Assembly (NCBI GenBank): GCA_963789505.1
Contig: CAWBLE010000013.1
Location: forward strand, 13,159 to 77,158
Reading direction: 5' to 3'
Length of the DNA stretch: 64,000 bases
From: an uncultured Solirubrobacterales bacterium
GTDB taxonomy: Bacteria > Actinomycetota > Thermoleophilia > Solirubrobacterales > 70-9
In this document: positions 56,845 through 64,000 of the stretch, piece by piece
How the letters are laid out: every line of letters begins with the position of its first letter
Position numbering within the stretch: position 1 is the stretch's first letter
Program-made: the position numbers and the translations under genes
Notes under the pieces: generated by a model
Seen by the model: only the letters and a program-made list of their open reading frames with translations
What the model was told of the DNA's origin: nothing
Database searches by the model: none

Positions 56845-58236
56845 ATGGCAGAGGCCGGGAAGGAGACCGCAACCGAGGGCACTTCGATGGAGGAGATCGT
56901 CGCGCTGTGCAAGCGCCGCGGCTTCGTCTTTCCCTCCTCGGAGATCTACGGCGGGCTCGGCTCGACCTACGACTACGGCCACTACGGCGTGCTGCTGAAG
57001 AACAACGTCAAGGCCGAGTGGTGGCGGGCGATGCTGCAGGAGCGCGACGACATCGTCGCGCTCGACTCGGCGATCCTCCAGCACCCGCGGGTCTGGGAGG
57101 CCTCGGGCCACCTCGAGGGCTTTACCGACCCGCTCGTGCAATGCCTCGGCAAGTGCAAGCGGCGCTGGCGCGAGGACCATCTGCGCGAGGCGGTCGAAGC
57201 CGAGGGCGGCGATCCCGAGGCTGAGCTGCGTTGTCCAGAGTGCGGCGGTGAGCTCTCCGAGCCACGCCAGTTCAACCTGATGTTCGAGACCCACGTCGGC
57301 CCGGTCGCCGGCGAGGGCTCGGAGGTCTACCTGCGGCCGGAGACCGCGCAGGGCATCTTCATCAACTTCAAGAACGTGCTCGGCTTCGCCCGCAAGAAGC
57401 CGCCCTTCGGGATCGCCCAGATCGGCAAGTCCTTCCGCAACGAGATCACCCCCGGCAACTTCATCTTCCGCACGCGCGAGTTCGAGCAGATGGAGATGGA
57501 GTTCTTCGTCCCTCCCGCCGAAGCCGAAAAGTGGCACAACACCTGGATGGAGGAGCGCGAGCGCTGGTACACCGACCTCGGCATCCGCCCCGACCTGCTG
57601 CGGGTGCGCGCCCACGGCGCCGACGAGCTCTCGCACTACTCCGCGGCGACGAGCGACATCGAGTACCTCTTCCCGATCGGCTGGTCGGAGCTGGAGGGGA
57701 TCGCCAACCGCGGCGACTTCGACCTCACCCAGCACGCCAAGTTCAGCGGCGAGAAGCTCGAGTACTTCGACCAGCAGACGAAAGAGCGCTACGTCCCGCA
57801 CGTGATCGAGCCCGCGGCGGGCGCCGACCGGGCGACGCTCGCCTTCCTCGTCGACTCCTACGAGGTCGAGGAGGTCGAGGGGCGCGAGCGCACGGTGCTG
57901 CGCCTCCACCCCCGGCTGGCGCCGGTCAAGGCCGCGGTGCTGCCGCTCGTCTCCAAGGACGGCCTCTCGGAGAAGGCGCGCGCTCTCTTCGAGCAGATCC
58001 GCCGCCGCGTCCCGGCCGAGTTCGACGAGGGCGGCTCGATCGGCAAGCGCTACCGCCGCCAGGACGAGATCGGCACCCCCTGGGGCATCACCGTCGACCA
58101 CCAGACGATGGAAGACGACACCGTCACCCTCCGCGACCGCGACTCGCTCGAGCAGACCCGCGTCCCGATCGACGGCCTCGCCGACGACCTCGCGACCCGC
58201 CTCGCCCAGCCCTGGCAGAGCCCGAAGCTGAGCTGA
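56845..58236 (+). CDS. glyQS: Glycine--tRNA ligase (dimeric class II type).
   Basis: ...MEEIVALCKRRGFVFPSSEIYGGLGSTYDYGHYGVLLKNNVK...YLRPETAQGIFINF...FRNEITPGNFIFRTREFEQMEMEFF...GADRATLAFL... An alternative start lies at 56887. Confidence 0.9.
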   Translation: MAEAGKETATEGTSMEEIVALCKRRGFVFPSSEIYGGLGSTYDYGHYGVLLKNNVKAEWWRAMLQERDDIVALDSAILQHPRVWEASGHLEGFTDPLVQCLGKCKRRWREDHLREAVEAEGGDPEAELRCPECGGELSEPRQFNLMFETHVGPVAGEGSEVYLRPETAQGIFINFKNVLGFARKKPPFGIAQIGKSFRNEITPGNFIFRTREFEQMEMEFFVPPAEAEKWHNTWMEERERWYTDLGIRPDLLRVRAHGADELSHYSAATSDIEYLFPIGWSELEGIANRGDFDLTQHAKFSGEKLEYFDQQTKERYVPHVIEPAAGADRATLAFLVDSYEVEEVEGRERTVLRLHPRLAPVKAAVLPLVSKDGLSEKARALFEQIRRRVPAEFDEGGSIGKRYRRQDEIGTPWGITVDHQTMEDDTVTLRDRDSLEQTRVPIDGLADDLATRLAQPWQSPKLS

Positions 58237-58332
58237 GCCTGAGGAGACGCGCTGCGCTTCCGCGACAAAAACTCTTCCCCTTGAGCCAGAAAAGCACGGT
58301 AGCTCCGCGGAACGCGTGACAGCTCGGCTCAG
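58233..58332. repeat. Imperfect palindromic element between convergent genes; both stop codons sit in the outer arms.
   Basis: cTGAgcc ... ggcTCAg, inner ttccgcg ... cgcggaa. The interior gcgacaaaaactcttcc resembles the family A core cgacaaaaaagtacaagacgttcc. Confidence 0.45.
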
Positions 58333-58682
58333 TCGGGTTTCTCGACGGGCGTCTGCTGGTGGACGACCAGTTGCCAGCTGCCGTCGTCTTCCCTGACGTA
58401 GGTGCTGCACATCTCGGCGCGGTACTCGAGATCGCCCCGGCGGCCGTGGAAACGGTAGACGATCGCCGCGGCGTCGGGGCCGAGCGGCAGCAGGCGCTCG
58501 TCGTCGATCGAGAAGTGCTCCCAGCCGGGCGAGGCGTCGATCGCAGCGGCCGCGCCCTCGCGGTCGAGCACATGTCCGGGCACGATCACGATCGCGTCCG
58601 CGCGCAGCCATCGCCGGTAGGCGGCGCCATCCCCCGCCGCCAGCTCGCTCTCTATCTCCAGCAGGACATCCAAACTCGACAT
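58329..58682 (-). CDS. NTF2-like (SnoaL/DUF4440-type) protein.
   Basis: 117-aa intact ORF: ...YRRWLRADAIVIVPG...YRAEMCSTYVREDDGSWQLVVHQQTP. Confidence 0.55.
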   Translation of the reverse strand: MSSLDVLLEIESELAAGDGAAYRRWLRADAIVIVPGHVLDREGAAAAIDASPGWEHFSIDDERLLPLGPDAAAIVYRFHGRRGDLEYRAEMCSTYVREDDGSWQLVVHQQTPVEKPD

Positions 58683-58720
58683 CTCCCCCTGCTACCCGAA
58701 CCCCGCCGGTCGCAAATCAC

Positions 58721-58756
58721 TCAATACGTTGAGTAAATTTACTCAACGTATTGAGC
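58721..58756. promoter_or_regulatory. Perfect 36-bp palindrome made of two 14-bp hairpin-capable sites around an AT-rich centre; strong operator candidate.
   Basis: CTCAATACGTTGAG TAAATTTA CTCAACGTATTGAG. It lies in the 111-bp divergent region between the NTF2-like gene and the MFS gene. Confidence 0.6.
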
Positions 58757-58793
58757 AATTCGTAGGCGAGCGAGGCCGCCATATGCTTGGCGT

Positions 58794-60014
58794 ATGAAGG
58801 CCGGTCTTTTTCGGGATCGTGACTTCCGGCTGGTGGCGGGCTCGGTCGGGCTCTCGGCGCTCGGCGACTGGGTCGCGATCGTCGCGCTCGGCTTGCACAT
58901 CAAGGACGTGACCGACTCCGGCTTCGCCGTCGCGGCGCTCTGGATCTGCCTCTTCGGGCCTTCGGTGCTGGTCGCCGGCTGGGCCGGGCTGCTCGTCGAC
59001 AGGATCGAGGCGACGCGGCTGCTCGCCGGGGTATCGGCGGTCGGGACCGTGGCCGCGGTCGCCGTCGCCTTCTCCGGCGCGGTGGCGCCGGTGCTCATCC
59101 TCACCGTGGCGATCGGCGTCGTCTTCGCCACCTCCTCCCCCGCCGAGTTCTCGCTGGTGCCGCTGCTGGCCGGCGAGGGCCGGATCCAGGAGGCCAACGG
59201 GCACATCGAGACGAGCCGCTACATCGGCTTCGGCATCGGCCCCATACTGGGCGGGCTGCTCTTCGCCGCCGGCGGCCTCGAGCTGGCGATGCTGGTCGAC
59301 GCGGCGACCTTCGCCGCCGTCGCGGTCGCGGCGCTGGCCCTGCGCGTGCGCAGGCGGCCCGCGGAGCTGAGCGAGGCCGAGCAGGCGCCCCGCGCCCGCG
59401 ACGGCATCGCCTTCCTCTTCGGCGACCGGCTGCTATCGCTGGCGATGACCGTCGCCTTCGTCTCGCTGCTCTTCATGTCGGCGGTCTGGGTCGGCGAGCT
59501 CTTCTTCGTCGGGGACGTGCTCGGCCGCGGCGATGTCGCCTACGGCGCCTGGCTCTCGATCTGGACCGCCGGGATGGCGGCCGGGGCGATGCTGATCTCG
59601 CGCCGCGTCGCGGCGGCCGCCGTCGCCGCCGTCGGGCTCGGCGCGGTCGCGATCCAGGGCGCGGGCCTGGCCCTGCCGGCGCTCTGGCTCAACTTCCCCT
59701 TCCTGCTCTTCTGCGGCCTGCTCGGCGGCACCGCGCACGGGGTCAAGAACGTGATGTTCCGCAGCCTGATCCACGTCCGCGTCCCCGACAGCCTGCACGG
59801 CCGCGCCTTCGCCGCCTACAACGGCATCCGCAACACGGCCGAGCTCGGCGCCTTCGCCGCCGGCGGCCTGCTCGTCGCCACGATCGGCGCCCGTGGCACG
59901 CTCGCCTACGCCGGCGGCCTCTCGGCCCTGGCCGGGATCGCCGGCGTCCTCGCCCTGCTGCGCATGTATCGCGGCTGGGTTCCGACCGGCCCGGTCGGCG
60001 CGCCCGAGGGATAG
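58794..60014 (+). CDS. MFS transporter.
   Basis: 406-aa 12-TM type ORF: MKAGLFRDRDFRLVAGSVGLSALGDWVAIVALGL... Confidence 0.75.
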   Translation: MKAGLFRDRDFRLVAGSVGLSALGDWVAIVALGLHIKDVTDSGFAVAALWICLFGPSVLVAGWAGLLVDRIEATRLLAGVSAVGTVAAVAVAFSGAVAPVLILTVAIGVVFATSSPAEFSLVPLLAGEGRIQEANGHIETSRYIGFGIGPILGGLLFAAGGLELAMLVDAATFAAVAVAALALRVRRRPAELSEAEQAPRARDGIAFLFGDRLLSLAMTVAFVSLLFMSAVWVGELFFVGDVLGRGDVAYGAWLSIWTAGMAAGAMLISRRVAAAAVAAVGLGAVAIQGAGLALPALWLNFPFLLFCGLLGGTAHGVKNVMFRSLIHVRVPDSLHGRAFAAYNGIRNTAELGAFAAGGLLVATIGARGTLAYAGGLSALAGIAGVLALLRMYRGWVPTGPVGAPEG

Positions 60015-60026
60015 GCCCTAAAGGCC

Positions 60027-61061
60027 CTAAGGCAGCAGGAAGCGGGTGACCGCGGCGGCGTCGACCTCGAGCGCGGCGGCGACAGCCTGCGGCAGGCGCT
60101 CGAGCGGCTCCAGCTTCACCTTGCCGGCCGGGAAGCCCCACTTGGCGACGGCGCGGCCGCCGGCCATCGCGAACGGGTGGAAGATCCCGTTGCGGGTGAC
60201 GAGCTGGGTGTGCTTGCCGAGCACGTCCTCGCGCGAGGTCCAGCCGAGCAGCACCGGGTCGAAAGCGCCGAGCAGGCGCGGCGGCGGGATCGGCTCCGGC
60301 GGCTTCCGCTTCTTCAAACGCAGCAGGCCGTCCCCGCCCTGCTCCAGCTCGGCGGCGATCGCGGCGAGGCCGGCGCGGGCGTCGCGCAGCGGCAGGCCGG
60401 CCCACTTGGCGAGATCGCGGTCGCTCGCCGGCTGGTGGCCGGTGAGGTAGCGGCGGGCGAGCTCGGCGAGCGCCAGGTCGCGATCGACCGGCTGGGGCTC
60501 GCCGAGCCAATCGCGGACCAGCACGTAGGCATGCTGCTTGCCGACCGTCGGGCCGCGCACGACGAGTCCGCGGACGGCGGCGAGGAAGAGCAGGTGCGGC
60601 ATCGCCTGGCCCTCGGTGGCGACCCCGGCGGCGTCGACCCGCTCGCGCAGCTCGAGCCGCGTCTGCGGCCCCTCCTCGGCGAGCGCCAACTCGATCGCGG
60701 CCAACGCGCGCTCGGCCGCGGCCTCGCTGACGCCCTCCTGGCGCAGGCGCCGGGCGCTCGAGCTGAACAGCGGCGGCGTGGTCAGCGCCTGCAGCAGCGG
60801 ATAATCATCGGCGCTGACGAGGTGCAGGGTGCCGCGGTTGAGCCAGGTGACGAGCAGCTCGCGCCCGGCCAGCGCCCGCTCGACGTCGGCCGCGCTCAGC
60901 CCCTCGGTCCGCGCCCGCACGGCGAGCCGAAAGCCGCGGGGATCCTGCCCCTGGACGGCGAGCAGCCGCCCGGCGACGGCGGCGGGGTCGGTCAGCGGCG
61001 GCCCGGCGAGGCCCTGCGCCGTGAGGCGCTCGGCGAGGACGGTCGGGCTAGTTGACCGCAA
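60027..61061 (-). CDS. Winged-helix DNA-binding domain protein of the YcaQ (crosslink-repair DNA glycosylase) family.
   Basis: 344 aa: ...LAERLTAQGLAGPP...LLAVQGQDPRGFRLAVRAR...LVTWLNRGTLHLV...; family call from overall pattern. Confidence 0.6.
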   Translation of the reverse strand: MRSTSPTVLAERLTAQGLAGPPLTDPAAVAGRLLAVQGQDPRGFRLAVRARTEGLSAADVERALAGRELLVTWLNRGTLHLVSADDYPLLQALTTPPLFSSSARRLRQEGVSEAAAERALAAIELALAEEGPQTRLELRERVDAAGVATEGQAMPHLLFLAAVRGLVVRGPTVGKQHAYVLVRDWLGEPQPVDRDLALAELARRYLTGHQPASDRDLAKWAGLPLRDARAGLAAIAAELEQGGDGLLRLKKRKPPEPIPPPRLLGAFDPVLLGWTSREDVLGKHTQLVTRNGIFHPFAMAGGRAVAKWGFPAGKVKLEPLERLPQAVAAALEVDAAAVTRFLLP

Positions 61062-61539
61062 GCAGGTCGATCACGAACACGAGCGTTTCGTTCGGAGCGA
61101 TCGCGGGCGGGGCGCCGGCTTCGCCGTACGCCAGTTCGGGCGGGATGATCAGCTCGCGGCGACCGCCGACCTTCATCCCTTCGACGCCCTGGTCCCAGCC
61201 GGGGATCACTTCGCCGGCGCCGAGCGTGAACGGGAAGGGTTCGTTGCGGCTCCAGGAGGAGTCGAATTCTTCGCCGTTCTTGTAGTTGACGCCGACGTAC
61301 TGGACGCTGACTTCGTCGCCCGATTTCGCTTCGGCGCCGTCGCCCGGCACGAGTTCCTTGCTTTCCAGCTGCTTCGGCGGCGCCCCCTTGGGCACGCTCA
61401 CCACCGGCTTCTTGCTGGTGTCTTCCGCGGCGGCTCCGGCCGTCGTCGCGCTCGATTCGCTCGAAGAGTCGCTGCTCCCACTGCAGCCGGCGACAAGCAG
61501 GCCCGCGCACACCGCGATCGTCAGCATCAGCGCCCTCAT
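61048..61539 (-). CDS. FKBP-type peptidyl-prolyl cis-trans isomerase lipoprotein.
   Basis: Lipobox LLVAGCSG, then ...VSVQYVGVNYKNGEEFDSSWSRNEPFPFTLGAGEVIPGWDQGVEGMKVGGRRELIIPPELAYG. Confidence 0.85.
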   Translation of the reverse strand: MRALMLTIAVCAGLLVAGCSGSSDSSSESSATTAGAAAEDTSKKPVVSVPKGAPPKQLESKELVPGDGAEAKSGDEVSVQYVGVNYKNGEEFDSSWSRNEPFPFTLGAGEVIPGWDQGVEGMKVGGRRELIIPPELAYGEAGAPPAIAPNETLVFVIDLLAVN

Positions 61540-61605
61540 TGCGATCGGGACCCTACCGAACTATGCTCGCTGCGGGCGGGGTCACACGTGAACAAGGAGG
61601 AAAGC

Positions 61606-61893
61606 ATGGCCATAGGTTTGCGCTTGAAATTCGCAGGAGGGACCCAGGAGCAGTATGAGGCCGTCCACGCCGAGGTCGACGTCGACGCCAACCCGCCCGA
61701 GGGGCTGATCTTCCACATGGCCGGGCCGGTCGAGGGAGGCTGGGGCATCATCGACGCCTGGGAGTCGAGGAGTCATTTCGACACTTTCCAAGCCGATCGA
61801 CTGATGCCCGCGATCCAGTCGCTCGGGGATCGCGCGCCGCAGGGACCGCCTGACATCAAGGAGTTTCCGATCCACCACTACACGAAGCCGTAG
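61606..61893 (+). CDS. Small hypothetical protein, possibly a dimeric alpha/beta-barrel.
   Basis: The ATG at 61606 is preceded by aaggagg. 95 aa: MAIGLRLKFAGGTQEQYEAVHAEVDVDANPPEGLIFHMAGPVEGGWGIIDAWESRSHFDTF... Confidence 0.5.
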   Translation: MAIGLRLKFAGGTQEQYEAVHAEVDVDANPPEGLIFHMAGPVEGGWGIIDAWESRSHFDTFQADRLMPAIQSLGDRAPQGPPDIKEFPIHHYTKP

Positions 61894-61901
61894 CGAGCCC
61901 G

Positions 61902-63407
61902 GTGACCCTCAACCTCGCATCGCTGCTGACCGAGAGCGCCGGGCGGACGCCCGGCGCGCCGGCGATCCGCCTCGGCGAGGCGGAGCTGAGCTACGCCGAG
62001 CTCGACCAGCGCAGCGCCAGGCTCGCAACCCTGCTGGGCGAAAAGGGTGTCGAGCCCGGGGCCAGGGTCGGCGTGATGCTGCCCAACGTGCCCGACTTCC
62101 CGGTCGCCTACTACGGCGTGCTGCGCGCCGGGGCGACCGTCGTGCCGATGAACGTGCTGCTCAAGCAGCGCGAGATCGCCTTCTACCTCGAGGACTCCGG
62201 CACCGAGCTGCTGCTTGCCTGGCACGGCTTCGCCGCGGAGGCCCGCACCGGCGCCGCCGAGGCCGGCGCCGAGCTGATCGAGATCGAGCCGGCCGCCTTC
62301 GCGGCGACGCTGGCCGGGCTCGAGCCGACGCCGGGGCTGGTCGACACCGCCGAGGACGACACCGCGGTGATCCTCTACACCTCGGGCACGACCGGCAAGC
62401 CGAAGGGCGCCGAGCTGACCCACGCGAACCTCTGGCGCAACGCCGACGTCACCCGCCGCACGACCTGCGAAATCGGGGCCGGCGACGTCGTGCTCGGCTC
62501 GCTGCCGCTCTTTCACTCCTTCGGCCAGACGGTGGCGATGAACGCCTCGCTGGCGGCCGGCGGCTGCCTCACCCTGGTGCCGAAATTCGAGCCCGGCGAG
62601 GCGCTGGCGACGATGCAGCGCGACCGGGTCACCCACTTCTACGGCGTGCCGACGATGTTCGGCGCCCTGCTCCACCATCCCGAGCGGGAGCGCTTCGACA
62701 CCGCGGCGCTGCGCACCTGCATCACCGGCGGCGCCTCGATGCCGGTCGAGGTCCTGCGCGGCTTCGAAGACGCCTTCGGCGCGGTCGTGCTCGAGGGCTA
62801 CGGGCTCTCGGAGACCTCGCCCGTCGCCTGCTCCAACCACCCCGAGAAGGGCGCCAAGCCGGGGTCGATCGGCGCCCCGATCGAAGGCGTCGAGATGAAG
62901 GTCGTCGACGAGAACGACGCCGAGGTCGCGCAGGGCGAGGTCGGCGAGATCGTGATCCGCGGCCACAACATCATGAAGGGCTACTGGCGGCGCCCCGACG
63001 CGACCGCGGAGGCGATGCGCGGCGGCTGGTTCCACAGCGGCGACATGGCCCGCGTCGACGAGGACGGCGACTTCTTCATCGTCGACCGCAAGAAGGACCT
63101 GATCATCCGCGGCGGCTACAACGTCTACCCGCGCGAGGTCGAGGAAGTCCTCTACGAGCACCCGAAGATCCGCGAAGCCGCCGTCGTCGGCGTCCCCCAC
63201 GACGAGTGGGGCGAGGAGATCGGCGCCGCGGTCGTGCTGATGGAGGGCGAGGAGCTCGGCCCCGAGGAGGTCAGCGCCTACGTCAAGGACCGGATCGCCG
63301 CCTACAAGTACCCGCGCCTGGTCTGGTTCGTCGACGAGCTGCCCAAGGGCCCGACCGGCAAGATCCTCAAGCGCGAGATCGAGACCCCGGCGTCGACGCC
63401 CCGCTGA
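61902..63407 (+). CDS. Long-chain fatty acid--CoA ligase (AMP-binding enzyme).
   Basis: ILYTSGTTGKPKGAELTH (AMP motif), ...EGYGLSETSP..., GWFHSGDMARVDEDGDFFIVDRKKDLIIRGGYNVYP, ...PKGPTGKILKREI. Confidence 0.85.
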   Translation: MTLNLASLLTESAGRTPGAPAIRLGEAELSYAELDQRSARLATLLGEKGVEPGARVGVMLPNVPDFPVAYYGVLRAGATVVPMNVLLKQREIAFYLEDSGTELLLAWHGFAAEARTGAAEAGAELIEIEPAAFAATLAGLEPTPGLVDTAEDDTAVILYTSGTTGKPKGAELTHANLWRNADVTRRTTCEIGAGDVVLGSLPLFHSFGQTVAMNASLAAGGCLTLVPKFEPGEALATMQRDRVTHFYGVPTMFGALLHHPERERFDTAALRTCITGGASMPVEVLRGFEDAFGAVVLEGYGLSETSPVACSNHPEKGAKPGSIGAPIEGVEMKVVDENDAEVAQGEVGEIVIRGHNIMKGYWRRPDATAEAMRGGWFHSGDMARVDEDGDFFIVDRKKDLIIRGGYNVYPREVEEVLYEHPKIREAAVVGVPHDEWGEEIGAAVVLMEGEELGPEEVSAYVKDRIAAYKYPRLVWFVDELPKGPTGKILKREIETPASTPR

Positions 63408-63410
63408 CCC

Positions 63411-63457
63411 ACCCGTCATGCATCCGCCCCCGAATAGGGGCTCGATGCATGACGGGT
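63411..63457. terminator. Compound hairpin after the CoA ligase gene; candidate terminator.
   Basis: acccgtcatgcatc c gcccc cgaata ggggc tc gatgcatgacgggt (14-bp perfect outer arms plus an inner 5-bp stem). It starts 4 nt after the stop. Confidence 0.5.
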
Positions 63458-63546
63458 CCCTCAAACTGGCTGACTGGCCAGGATCGCGCTAGTCTGCGCC
63501 CTACGAAGCCCCGCAGGCGCCGTCGGCGCCCGAACGAAGGAGAGAG

Positions 63547-64000
63547 ATGAGCGTCGCATCCCAGAGCCTGATGGACAACGTCACCTACATCGATCTCTAC
63601 CAGCGCTGGGAGCACGGCAACTGGAGCGCCTACGACATCGACTTCTCCGAGGACCGCAAGGGCTGGGATGCGCTGAGCGAGATCCAGCGGCGCTCGGCGA
63701 TGTGGATCTACTCGATGTTCTATTACGGCGAGGACCGGGTGGCCGACACGCTCGCTCCCTACATCACCGCCGCGCCGACCGAGGAGCAGTCCTACTTCCT
63801 CGCCACCCAGCAGGTCGACGAGGTCCGCCACTCGATCTTCTTCCACCGCTTCTTCAAGGAGGTGATCGGGGTCGGCGGCGACTCGATCGAGCAGACCCTC
63901 TCCGCGACCATGCCGCAGCTCAACTGGGGCTACCGCGGCATCTTCGACCGGCTCGATGTGATGGCCGAGGAACTGCGCAAGGACCGCTCGCTGCCCAAGT
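63547..64000 (+). CDS. Ferritin-like di-metal protein of the ribonucleotide reductase R2 family (R2-like ligand-binding-oxidase type). The 3' end runs off the window.
   Basis: The ATG at 63547 follows gaaggagagag. ...WSAYDIDFSEDRKGWDALSEIQRRS...YYGEDRVADTL...ATQQVDEVRHSIFFHRF (E...ExxH). Confidence 0.6.
   Translation, partial: MSVASQSLMDNVTYIDLYQRWEHGNWSAYDIDFSEDRKGWDALSEIQRRSAMWIYSMFYYGEDRVADTLAPYITAAPTEEQSYFLATQQVDEVRHSIFFHRFFKEVIGVGGDSIEQTLSATMPQLNWGYRGIFDRLDVMAEELRKDRSLPK

Noticed and set aside
56437-58611. 724-aa minus-strand ORF.
   Set aside because: It is antisense to glycine--tRNA ligase, which has unambiguous class II motifs on the plus strand. The translation has no recognisable motifs.

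Overview
This is a very GC-rich bacterial chromosomal segment; G or C sits at nearly every third codon position. The gene set looks Actinomycetota-like (EgtB, LLM/F420-type oxidoreductase, LCP, MocR/PNPOx pair, DUF3556, DUF5679), but that placement is an inference. I can support about 60 protein genes, mostly housekeeping or metabolic: egtB, pntAA-pntAB-pntB, a P-type ATPase, a thiolase, acs, an opuC-type compatible-solute ABC importer, an MTA-salvage pair, glnK-amt, PBP1A, an NlpC/P60 hydrolase, metG-rsmI-ROK kinase, LCP, glyQS, a fadD-type ligase, and two cupredoxin/oxidase clusters. I saw no rRNA, tRNA, CRISPR array, transposase, integrase or phage genes, and no convincing new multi-gene defence or secretion system. 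Four things are unusual. (1) Two blocks (about 1-10.3 kb and 24.1-29.7 kb) have almost every long conserved gene broken by many frameshifts, while the long stretches 10.4-24.0 kb and 29.8-40.9 kb look clean; only four isolated shifts appear after 40.9 kb. (2) Modular palindromic intergenic repeats are dense, falling into at least three families. One member is nested inside another, and one family has identical 17-bp arms just upstream of two operons. (3) A small islet at 10.8-12.7 kb has lower GC3 and carries a toxin-antitoxin-like two-gene cassette, gene debris and a gene with perfect 21-bp tandem repeats. (4) A 5'-3' exonuclease gene switches codon usage abruptly mid-gene, next to the nested repeat. 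Several strong palindromic operator candidates are also listed. All coordinates and motifs were read by eye, without folding, alignment or search tools.
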